Assembly (NCBI GenBank): GCA_043228905.1 | Contig: JBHGNT010000014.1 | Location: forward strand, 6,820,001-6,884,000 | Direction of reading: 5' to 3' | Source: Azolla caroliniana | Lineage: Eukaryota > Plantae > Polypodiophyta | Length of the DNA stretch: 64,000 nt | Part shown: one piece after another, positions 48,801-58,397 of the stretch | Position numbering within the stretch: position 1 is the first letter of the stretch | How the letters are laid out: each line of letters starts with the position of its first letter | Notes under the pieces: model-generated | Seen by the model: the letters and a program-made list of their open reading frames with translations, nothing else | Told to the model about the DNA's origin: nothing | The model's database searches: none | Position numbers and translations under genes: made by a program

Positions 48801-49855
48801 ATATTGTTGATACGGATGGATGGGAGCAAGAAGTGGACTTGTTTCCCCATACATTATTTTCTTAATAGTCCATATTGTAGACCCATCTTTCTCTCTATTA
48901 ACAAAGAGGAAGATGGTAATAGTGATTATCTTTTTTATTTGTAGAGAATGTGAGGTTTTTCCTACCGATTAGCGGGGGTTTTACTCACATCTTTTTATTT
49001 TTCTTTTTATTATATCTCTCTCATTGTCTATAGCCAAGAGATTGGCGAGAGAGCTTTTGTTTGTTAAGTACTGCCAATAAGTGCTTCGCCATAAATGGCT
49101 TAGCCTCTAACAAGGAGGAGGGCTAAATGTGAAAGTGTTTTTAGAATCTAAGCCATTGAACATTAGGAGAATATAAAGTATAGATAATTCAACTTTTGAG
49201 GATAAGAACACGAACTAAGACCTTAGGGAAGAAGTCAAAAGTAAAAGTACAAGACCAAGAGAAAAGTAAAAAGAGAAAACGCAGACTATAAAAAACAGTA
49301 AAAATAGAATGGTCATAACTCCCTCGTTGTTTATCCAAATATCACGTTTAAATATGGATTAGAAAGCTTGTAAAAAGAGCTTTCTATAGCTTTTTAAATC
49401 GCTTAATTTGGATATCGGATGAGGGAGATATGACGATTAGAAGGTCGATGTGTCATAGCTAAAAATAGGGAGATAAAAAGCTTCTAAAAATAGCATGAAC
49501 GTGGATAAGAAGAGGAAGGTTATAAAAGAAGAAGTGATAGTAGTGAGGAGGGGGGCGAAGAGTAAAGGAAAAGAGTGGATGAGGAGTGTTAGGAAGAAGT
49601 GTCTTAGAAGAGGAAGGTCTTCGGTTTTAGTTCAATGTGGAGTTTGTCTCCTTTGTATTCTCTTGATGTTGGAATATCAGAACGTTCTTATTTCTTGCTC
49701 GCTTTCTCTATCTTTTTTCTTAGTTTCTTGAGTTATACTCTCTAATCATAATTACCTAGAGCTATATAATATATTATGATTTTTAACTCCATCTAATCGG
49801 TTTGGTCAAGCCCTCATATAGTGTATAACTATCTATTATCTTATACACTCTATCA
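42890..49855 (+). mobile_element. Intact Tat-like Ty3/Gypsy LTR retrotransposon (element D)
   Basis: 728-bp LTRs at 42890-43617 and 49128-49855 (two substitutions noticed), TSD GAAAA, PBS TGGCGCTCCAG at 43621, PPT AAGGAGGAGGG at about 49112-49122. Confidence 0.95.
43706..48865 (+). CDS. Gag-Pol of element D, with an additional archaeal-type RNase H between RNase H and integrase
   Basis: ATG at 43706. CYSCQEEGHISTRC, LVDSGA, VFMDDF, then LFFDGAF...NNEAEY...GDSLLV...NKEADALA (extra RNase H), then WGIDAVGP and VSDHG (integrase). Confidence 0.93.
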   Translation: MQFAFSGERTQDAGAFLASFEHHAVSIGRITDNEKLPLLVATFYGRARDWYDSLPPNQQGAYQLLVHQFRAKYIQRRSATEVREELFRLKMESPIGFTEYERNFKDLWTTWIRLRGGTEDEWFKMERFKMGLDMYFRLEANLKDPTSFQALIQVCQAYDRQVKMMSSLGDPQMTALGANLMPRANFQASSSIVHGGQVFPNVYTTTTINPTSISQEVEQVRSEQDTMALVNRRFDEVMTHLRQSQAIHNTIPDGGGSRGHHGVICYSCQEEGHISTRCPHRQQRGMGRGIYQVQRNGQRPNNNEVEGNVTLPMAQVPTIPHNVNLLNFIDDSDNSFEVAPVKRTRSSQKEKEVEGESSASRQKKKSKENEKEEKLRRRHSRRKIKMEDIPMGEGVEAFNLKHELISSGPRITWPQLLQLSPTLRKEWGRLASIRQSRKTVHYVGIVRVEDRKDIRPTIPVSIKGFHIKDALVDSGARVSLISEFVVNKVGIPISRSSSARVAVADGGVVHCIGIVEDVVIKCFGVSISMDFHVIPLKGPSYSLVLGRPWMQELNVVQDWSKGLMTITPSKGVSIHYDMRQQRLIEKEEDGITEYDSGSAYESDESEDSSSEWEMTTSYAVLKEEDDERGLITMEQKEKMISKDLKGQERQQFINLISEFPNLFISDYAHIRGVDVIQHHINLKEGTTPVAQKLRRLGHVQKEALLKEVKALLRAQFIYPVEDSEWVSPIVVVPKKNGKWRVCVDYKPLNAATKRDHFPLPFQDEILDEIAGHEMYSVCDGYSGYFQIRIAEEDQKKTTFITPWGCFAYRCMPFGLTNAVFTFNRLAIHVFQPFFGKFVRVFMDDFAIYSSRKDHLEKVRLAFKRLEECKMQLNPEKCHIGEKEVVMLGHVVSQEGIKVDSSKIEAIQKMTTPTSIKDLEVFVQKVRYFERFIHMLAQILYPFRIILRTNNFLWTSTTEEQYVRIKELLCNAPILKPPDRTSIFFLSLSVGSHAIGAILMQQDSENRLMHPIYFISKAMSDVEKEFLEVEKWMLALIYACKKFRSFLLPHHFVIITSMSLLPYVLQHVSISARIAKWALLLAEFDFEVKLESTMRAELADLLTFRETFHEEDLVKLRKALPEPDMEDAFTLFFDGAFRKATNIAVGGIILKDPQGDRVKSEGITLSGVNSNNEAEYATLCYGLRLCKAMKIKRLILKGDSLLVIKQIQGNWKCQSDGLRNFYKEAMSLLRSFEKIQVKHVGRLYNKEADALAQAQLDKIKEGFVGVLETCKDVDSLEEVHNFLNKGEFPNKLNALQRKRLVAKASQYHLVGEDLYNKGKDGVLRRVPNKSEIIKILFKLHEEVCGGHLAHDIMIRKILLIGFTWPTIHRDVHDWCRSCDACQKAGIRHLQSGPLQPIVVFAPFEKWGIDAVGPLPKTQHGKEFILVAIDYMTKWVEAIATSSIKAKDVAQFVYKNICTRFGVPMEIVSDHGPGFRSEMLACLLSKLKIKHRYSTPYYPQANGAVEKVNGLIVKNLTKLVQDKVRTWDRYLDDTLWAYRVSYKSSTGFTPFYLVYGKEALLPIELEIKSNRLMEASHRSKGNDVMSRLASNHLLQYSREEAVEHYLNQAMKRKEAYDKKHKGNHIEEGSLVLRYDNRYDYIQGQKLDNKWEGPFVVHKKYDNGSYQLKDVDGALHSYRVNGWRLKKYVTRGPTYIPQVTNDIVDTDGWEQEVDLFPHTLFS

Positions 49856-50328
49856 GAAAACACCACAAAAAAAAAACACTCTTCTCACCACCTCACCCTT
49901 CTTGCTTTATATGAAATTCTCCTCTAGTAGATAAGTTTCGCTTGCTTTCTTTTCCCCGCTTTTTTTAGAGCTTTTCCATCTCCTATTCTTAGCTATGACA
50001 CAACGATCTTCTAATCGTCATATCTCCCTCATCCATGTTCCAAATTTAGAGTTTTAAAAAGCTACGGATAGCTCTCGTCATAAGCTTTCTAACCCATATT
50101 TGCACATTATATTTGGCTTCCAAACGAATGAGTTATGGGCATTCGTTGTAGACTGTATTTTGGTGGCCCGTTTTTTTTTTCTTTGACTTTTCTCCATCTT
50201 TCTTGCTTTTAGTTTGACTTATACTTGAAACCTTAGCTCGTGATCTTGCCCTCCGGATGTGAACGCACCATACCTTATATTCTTGTAGACTTCAATACCT
50301 TGAATTCTAAAAACACTTTCACACTTAC

Positions 50329-51549
50329 CTCTTTCGCCGAACGGAACATTGTCGATGTGCCGGATCGGGTGCGTAGTGTCATCTTCGGTTTCGACATAAC
50401 TGGGTTGCTCCGGCTCTCGAAGTTCGAGAAACCATTCTTTATGGGATGTCATATGGTTTGAGGCTCCGGAGTCAACAAACCATACGTCCTCCGGATTGAG
50501 GGCACTAGTTGATGTAGAGGCCGACATAGAGTTTGCTCTATGTTTCATCATGAACATACCGCCACGGTCGGAGTTGCATGCATACATTCCGCCACGATCT
50601 TCGTAGTCGGAGTTGTTCCCGTACATTCTACTATACTCTTCATAGTCGGAATTGTGCGTAATTCGTGAGTTGTCGGCTTGTGGAAGCTGATTCACGCATC
50701 TTCTTTCGGCACTCTTCTTCGTAGTGGTCGAGCTTTCCGCAATATCCGCATTCGATTGCGTTTTGACAGCTTGGGCCGGAGTGGAAGGTCCCCCTTCTTG
50801 TGAAGGTTCCTCGTTGGCTTCCGTTTTGCGGCCGAAATTGGGAGTTGTTGTCGTAGGTCGGATCTCGTCCGCCTTGTCCTTGGCCGAATCGGCCTCTCGA
50901 TCGTCCGTGTCCTCTTCCTCCGTTCGAGTGTGTGTAGAGCATGTGGCCTTCCGACTCATTGCTCCTTGTATGCACGTGGTTTTCTTCGACCAATAGCATT
51001 GATTGGAGCTCGAAGAAGGAGGGAGATTTCTCCCGTGCTAGAACGGCGGTTCGCATCGCGCCGAACCGTGGTGCGAGGTCGCCGAGGCATATTTGAACCA
51101 TCTCATCATCATCGATGTTTACGCTTATTGAGCTGAGTGAATCGCAAAGCTCCTTGATCTTCGAGGTGTATGTCGTAATGGACATGTCCCTTTGTTGAAT
51201 GTTGTTCAACTCTTGGCGGAGTTGAAGCCTTCTTGCGGTTGTGTTCGCCGCGAAAATCTTTTGTAGATTTTCCCATGCCTCCTTCGGTGTCTTGGCTTCG
51301 CGAATGTAGCCGAACATGTGATCGTGAACACATGTCGCCAAGCAATACATCACGCGGCTTGCGGCTTGCGGCTTGCTCCCATGTCGCATATCCGGGAGCC
51401 GCTTCGGCGGGTCGGTCTTCATGCGCTCCTTTGATGTAGCTCCAATAGCCTTGTCTGACAAGGTATTGGTGCATCTTGTACTCCCAAGATGTGAAGTTGT
51501 TTCGATCCAACTTCTCGGTAGGGAGAGCGCTCCCCATTTGAGTATTCAT
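50329..51549 (-). pseudogene. Copia C gag and protease remnants
   Basis: EKLDRNNFTSWEYKM, AKTPKEAWENLQK, CGYCGKLDHYEEEC, WFVDSGASNHMT; frameshifted. Confidence 0.9.
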
Positions 51550-51767
51550 TATGTTGATTCTTCTTCTTCTTCTTCTCTCTTCGAATGTGAGCTATGTAGC
51601 GAAGCTACGATAGTGATGAGCCGGTTCTTGGTCGTCGGCGTAGAGCACAACACACGATCACGATGAGGCGAATGGGCTAGATCAAGCTACCAAATTGCTC
51701 TGATACCATGTAAAGAATCGGATATGATTCTTGTGAAACGGAATAGGTGTGAACTGTGTGTGTATGA

Positions 51768-51826
<59 letters not shown>

Positions 51827-52658
51827 AGTAATACACAGAGAATACGCAAGGTAAATGTATATTAACAAAGGAGAAAAAACCCAACAACAGATACAAGGTG
51901 GGAGGAGGGTGCTTTATATAGTCACCCTCTCTCTTCATTAACTACAAGGCTCATGGAGCATGGGGAATGTGAAAGCTCATAAGTTATGTGTCATAGAATA
52001 TGATTCTATGACTCATACTAAATGCTAGAATGCAAAGAGGTGACTTAATGGTGACTCTTGACCGTTGGAGTGTCTATTCACTCTCAAGGTGAGTTCACAC
52101 ACTAGACCAAGTTGAGCTTGATTCTCAACATATACACTATAATACAATTGTCGGAAAGGATCAGCCTTGTGCAAAAAACTTTTTATTGTGTCTGAGTCTA
52201 CGAGCACCTCTAGCTGTTTTCCTTCCATCATTCGCTTTTTGTACTTGCCTCATTTCAAGTGGGTGATGAATGCACTTGGAATGCCTTCATTATTATCACT
52301 CACTTTTTTTGAGCGAGGTAATTTTTGCAATTATAAGATTTATAAGAAAATGCGCATTATCGTAATATCAACTATAGAAGATCTAAACACGCTTACCCAT
52401 CTCTAAATACGATGAAAAATTCTTCAAGAGCCTGATACGATGATGTTTTTGGGCACGACTGCTCCACTTCTTCCCATGTAGGCAAGGAAAACTTTTTCAT
52501 CATCAACTCTTGTATCTTCATATAAACCTTATGGCTAAAAAACACTACACGTTAAGTTTAGAATAAAATGCAAATTAACAAAACAATCAACACATAGAAT
52601 GCTCACTTTTGAAACTCTGTGACTATTTCATCTAAGTTGAAATCCTTGGTGGCCACTC
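50397..52658 (+). repeat. Segmental duplication block 2 (copy at 56143-58397)
   Basis: Near-identical ~2.26 kb; offset is 5746 before and 5739 after the GA microsatellite. Confidence 0.95.
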
Positions 52659-53710
52659 TTAATAAAACCAATATTAATAATCTATCATCTTTTATCCCTT
52701 GCAATGACTGCAAAGGAAGCAACTTCATGTCCTCGGCTAATTCTTCTATCACTAAGTCACTTTTACGTGACTTAGACTTTATCTCCACACGAGGGTCAAA
52801 CTTAGCCTTCTTTGATCGTTGGCCCTTTATCACTTTTCGCTCCCACATACTGAAAACTCAATCCTAGAGGTCCCACACCTCCCCTATTTTGAAAGCAAGT
52901 TCAAACTATGAGTCATACTTGCGCATGCCTTCAGACTTTGTGCTTTCGTCAACTGCTATCCCCACTTCAAGCAGACATTGTCGTTGCAATCCATGATGCA
53001 ACCTAGGACCAAAATTTGGCAAAGCATCAAGGTACTCGTGATGAAAGAACCTGATGCGCTCTATACATGACATCTTCTGTCTATAGTCATTATCATTATT
53101 GTGGTCCCAAGCTAGCAACTTGGCTTCTTCATGTGTAAGCCCAACATACACTTTACATTCTGCATATTTGAAGAACAGGGTAAGAAGATACTCCTTAACA
53201 AGTTGACGTCGGAATTCAACAAAGTGGGTTCCTCCAATCACGTAGTATGTGTAATCATCAGTCGAACTGTACTTGAAGTCAACTACAGTTGGGCACTGAT
53301 CTGGGTCTTCCATTACTACGAATGGCACTACAATAGCATGTGGATTTATCGTCATTTTGCTTTTCAAATTCTGCACATGCATTGAATGTGGCTCCCGCCT
53401 GTCGTCTTGTTTCTGGATCAATTGGTGGCCTTTGAATAGAACAAATCAGTAATGAAGTAGTTTTCCCTTACAGAAAACCTTCGTCTTTACAATATTTTCT
53501 CGAATCCAATTTTGGTATGAGGTGAGGATTCCCACGACAATCTGGCCACCTGGAGGAATTACTTCGAGTTGTGTATCTTCCTCCTCATCTTCAACGAACT
53601 CGAGTACTTCGGGCTCGTCCTCCTCGGGATGCTGTCATTTCTTGTACTTCTTGTGTTCTGCTTTTCCTTTTTTGGCAGACATTGGTGGGGTGCATGCTTG
53701 CACGACCATG
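52131..53710 (-). pseudogene. ParB/sulfiredoxin-like domain and linker (5' half of the ParB-MTase gene), with introns at about 52606-52529 and 52396-52326
   Basis: REPHSMHVQNLKSKM...VPFVV...YYVIGGTH...VYVGLTHEEAKLLAWDHN...RQKMSCIERIRFF parallels the ParB pattern (IIxGxxR...LsdeeAlllAlieN..RedLspiE). GTGAGC and GTAAGC donors. Joins the MTase half in frame across the Copia TSD. The 5' boundary is uncertain. Confidence 0.7.
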
Positions 53711-54744
53711 AGTTTCTCCTTTGATATACGGGCGCAAAGCAACAATCAAATTTTTTTTTGTTTCTACATCTTTCTTTCAGGCTTTGGGGTGGTAGGAGTC
53801 TGTTATAAAATTGCCTTCATCAACCCGAACTCTTTGCATCCCCAGTTAGCTATCAACATCTAAAACCAGGTTTGATGAGTCATTGTCCTCATATTCAACG
53901 TTCTTTATTTGCCCGAAGTTGATGGTCTTTCCCACTTGAATCTTTCCTTCACCTTCGGATTTTGCAAGTTAATATTTTTAAGATTAAAAATTTAACCGAT
54001 ATTTTCTTAATTCATCCACAAATTTATCCTAATCTTAGATAAGATTACGGGAATGCATCCAACTATAATTGTAATATTCTTCATTGTACATAATGTGTAA
54101 TTCGAATCCAACTTAACAAATTTAGAAATGCAAATTTGTTACTATATTTGTCTCGAAATCTTCTAAAGATTGCTATGTCGATTTTGTAAATAGGATTTTT
54201 TGTTTAATTAGAAAAACTTTCACAAACGAATATCTCACGATATACCACGCATGCCCAAAAACCACTACGAACATTATATGCCAATCATACATGAACAACG
54301 TGAATGTATTACCATATGAACAACAACGTTGACTTAATATTATTGTGTTTACTCGAAACTAAATTACCAAGATTAAAGACAACATAACTCATAGAATAAA
54401 GACTAAATCCAATTATATTAATCAAGAAACAATTATAACCAACATTTGTCATACAATCGATAAGTTAAAATCATCTATTCAATGGAAATTATACTTAACC
54501 ACATACTTTACAAGTCAACCTTTGTAAACATATGATAGAAACATAAAGTTCGAGACACCAATCAGATAGATTTAATAAATTATACTAAAACGAAAAGTTC
54601 TTATATTTCAAAACAATTTTTCAATTACAAATACAAAGTATTATACAAATCACTCCATTAAGAGGTCTAGAATAGGTTGCTCTCCAAGATTAGCTAATAG
54701 TTGTGTCGTATCCACTTGTTCCATCCAACTGAATCTTGTCTTTG

Positions 54745-55722
54745 TTAAGACTCTAGTACATCTTCGAGGTCGACCAGGTCCCCTCCTTCGTCTATAGGTT
54801 CCATCGGTTCCCTGGAGGTCAACTGAAACATCTCAGTTTCATTTATATGCTTTGCCCCAAACTACTAGTCCTGGTGGGGACAATCCTAGATACCTAGGAT
54901 CCTCATTTTAATAAAAGTTACTTGGGAGGGGTCCTTCTCCAAGGCGACACAGTTCCTAAACAATTTGAGAGCGCACATAGTCGTTGTTCTTGAATAAACA
55001 ATCATACATGAAGAAGTAAGAAAACAAAGACGAGAAATTCTAATTTATTTTAAGATAGATTGATCACACCTGTTCTAGAGAATAAGTCGAGCACCCAATC
55101 ATCAGGGTTGGAGAACAACTCGACCAATCGATTAATTAATCATAGGGGCTTTTGGTATGGGTTTACTAGACACGTGTCGCCAGAAACATGGCGCAATTTC
55201 TTTGTTACTGATGGGCACATGATATAATTGATGACGTTCCACTCATTCACATGTGCCCGATCCTTCTTCTTAGAAATAACATCGGAGTACCCCATGCACA
55301 TATGCTCCACAACGCTCACCATTTGATCGCTCGGGGTATGAGTTATGTTCGTTTTAACCCTATTTGTAATGGAATGGAAACAAATCAATATCTATGTAGT
55401 AAGTACACTAGAAGCCATATATTAAATACATATATAGCAACTAAAAGCTTACAAATGCATGTGTTCGGTGCCATGGCATCTCGACTTCAGTGTAGTAGTG
55501 ACCGATAAAGCCCGACCCATACTATGAAATATTACTATTCGTCATAATGGAGCCAATGTCAACTCTGCAAAGTCTTTCACCATCTTTTCTATTTGCGGAT
55601 ATTTATATGGTACATTGTCATATGTGGACCCTGTTATTCGAAACCCATATGGTATCCCCGCGAAGAGCAATGTATAATGCCTCTTGGGTAATATGTCAAG
55701 CATATTACCCACATCACCATTA
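54745..55722 (-). pseudogene. Second copy of the DNA methyltransferase 3' half
   Basis: Same motifs as 37808-38785 (YTLLFAGIPYG, NPYQKPL, VLDLFSRTG). Confidence 0.8.
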
Positions 55723-55727
55723 TATAC

Positions 55728-57512
55728 TATAAAGAATCAGATATGATTCTTGTGAAGTGGAATAGGTGTGAATTGTGTGTGTATGAGAGAGAGAGAGAGT
55801 GAGAGGGACAAGGAGTAATACACAGAGAATACGCAAGGTAAAAGTATATTAACAAAGGAGAAAAAACCCAACAATAGATACAAGGTGGGAGGAGGGTGCT
55901 TTATATAGACATCCCATAAAGAATGGTTTCTCGAACTTCGAGAGCCGAATTGTGTGTGTATGAGAGAGAGAGAGAGTGAGAGAGACAAGGAGTAATACAC
56001 AGAGAATACGCAAGGTAAAAGTATATTAACAAAGGAGAAAAAACCCAACAATAGATACAAGGTGGGAGGAGGGTGCTTTATATAGTCACCCTCTCTCTTC
56101 ATTAACTACAAGGCTCATGGAGCATGGGGAATGTGAGCCTTGTAACTGGGTTGCTCCGGCTCTCGAAGTTCGAGAAACCATTCTTTATGGGATGTCATAT
56201 GGTTTGAGGCTCCGGAGTCAACAAACCATACGTCCTCCGGATTGAGGGCACTAGTTGATGTAGAGGCCGACATAGAGTTTGCTCTATGTTTCATCATGAA
56301 CATACCGCCACGGTCGGAGTTGCATGCATACATTCCGCCACGATCTTCGTAGTCGGAGTTGTTCCCGTACATTCTACTATACTCTTCATAGTCGGAATTG
56401 TGCGTAATTCGTGAGTTGTCGGCTTGTGGAAGCTGATTCACGCATCTTCTTTCGGCACTCTTCTTCGTAGTGGTCGAGCTTTCCGCAATATCCACATTCG
56501 ATTGCGTTTTGACAGCTTGGGCCGGAGTGGAAGGTCCCCCTTCTTGTGAAGGTTCCTCGTTGGCTTCCGTTTTGCGGCCGAAATTGGGAGTTGTTGTCGT
56601 AGGTCGGATCTCGTCCGCCTTGTCCTTGGCCGAATCGGCCTCTCGATCGTCCGTGTCCTCTTCCTCCGTTCGAGTGTGTGTAGAGCATGTGGCCTTCCGA
56701 CTCATTGCTCCTTGTATGCACATGGTTTTCTTCGACCAATAGCATTGATTGGAGCTCGAAGAAGGAGGGAGATTTCTCCCGTGCTAGAACGGCGGTTCGC
56801 ATCGCGCCGAACCGTGGTGCGAGGTCACCGAGGCATATTTGAACCATCTCATCATCATCGATGTTTACGCTTATTGAGCTGAGTGAATCGCAAAGCTCCT
56901 TGATCTTCGAGGTGTATGTCGTAATGGACATGTCCCTTTGTTGAATGTTGTTCAACTCTTGGCGGAGTTGAAGCCTTCTTGCGGTTGTGTTCGCCGCGAA
57001 AATCTTTTGTAGATTTTCCCATGCCTCCTTCGGTGTCTTGGCTTCGCGAATGTAGCCGAACATGTGATCGTGAACACATGTCGCCAAGCAATACATCACG
57101 CGGCTTGCGGCTTGCGGCTTGCTCCCATGTCGCATATCCGGGAGCCGCTTCGGCGGGTCGGTCTTCATGCGCTCCTTTGATGTAGCTCCAATAGCCTTGT
57201 CTGACAAGGTATTGGTGCATCTTGTACTCCCAAGATGTGAAGTTGTTTCGATCCAACTTCTCGGTAGGGAGAGCGCTCCCCATTTGAGTATTCATTATGT
57301 TGATTCTTCTTCTTCTTCTTCTCTCTTCGAATGTGAGCTATGTAGCGAAGCTACGATAGTGATGAGCCGGTTCTTGGTCGTCGGCGTAGAGCACAACACA
57401 CGATCACGATGAGGCGAATGGGCTAGATCAAGCTACCAAATTGCTCTGATACCATGTAAAGAATCGGATATGATTCTTGTGAAACGGAATAGGTGTGAAC
57501 TGTGTGTGTATG

Positions 57513-57565
<53 letters not shown>

Positions 57566-57869
57566 AGTAATACACAGAGAATACGCAAGGTAAATGTATA
57601 TTAACAAAGGAGAAAAAACCCAACAACAGATACAAGGTGGGAGGAGGGTGCTTTATATAGTCACCCTCTCTCTTCATTAACTACAAGGCTCATGGAGCAT
57701 GGGGAATGTGAAAGCTCATAAGTTATGTGTCATAGAATATGATTCTATGACTCATACTAAATGCTAGAATGCAAAGAGGTGACTTAATGGTGACTCTTGA
57801 CCGTTGGAGTGTCTATTCACTCTCAAGGTGAGTTCACACACTAGACCAAGTTGAGCTTGATTCTCAACA
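55728..57869 (-). mobile_element. Internally deleted copy of Copia C (partial 3' LTR joined to protease/gag, PBS and 5' LTR 57455-57869)
   Basis: Same TATAC flanks; lacks the sequence equivalent to 39200-50396. Confidence 0.88.
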
Positions 57870-58397
57870 TATACACTATAATACAATTGTCGGAAAGGAT
57901 CAGCCTTGTGCAAAAAACTTTTTATTGTGTCTGAGTCTACGAGCACCTCTAGCTGTTTTCCTTCCATCATTCGCTTTTTGTACTTGCCTCATTTCAAGTG
58001 GGTGATGAATGCACTTGGAATGCCTTCATTATTATCACTCACTTTTTTTGAGCGAGGTAATTTTTGCAATTATAAGATTTATAAGAAAATGCGCATTATC
58101 GTAATATCAACTATAGAAGATCTAAACACGCTTACCCATCTCTAAATACGATGAAAAATTCTTCAAGAGCCTGATACGATGATGTTTTTGGGCACGACTG
58201 CTCCACTTCTTCCCATGTAGGCAAGGAAAACTTTTTCATCATCAACTCTTGTATCTTCATATAAACCTTATGGCTAAAAAACACTACACGTTAAGTTTAG
58301 AATAAAATGCAAATTAACAAAACAATCAACACATAGAATGCTCACTTTTGAAACTCTGTGACTATTTCATCTAAGTTGAAATCCTTGGTGGCCACTC

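Larger units (their letters stand above)
42712..50323 (-). mobile_element. Solo Gypsy LTR (element E; 42712-42889 + 49861-50323), related to and inverted relative to the element D LTR
   Basis: TG..CA ends, TSD CTTAC (42707-42711 and 50324-50328). Its minus-strand start TGTGAAAGTGTTTTTAGAAT is identical to the start of the D LTR. Confidence 0.85.
38791..52130 (-). mobile_element. Decayed Ty1/Copia LTR retrotransposon (element C) inserted in the ParB-MTase gene
   Basis: LTRs at 38791-39357 and 51709-52130, TSD TATAC (38786-38790 and 52131-52135), tRNA-Met(i) PBS TGGTATCAGAGC at 51708-51697, PPT GAGGGGGCA at about 39358-39366. Frameshifted gag, protease, integrase, RT and RNase H. Confidence 0.93.
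53967..58397 (+). repeat. Composite duplicate of 37030-39199 and 50397-52658 (MTase 3' half, internally deleted Copia C, MTase linker exons)
   Basis: Direct sequence matches; the junction is at 56137-56142. Confidence 0.93.
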
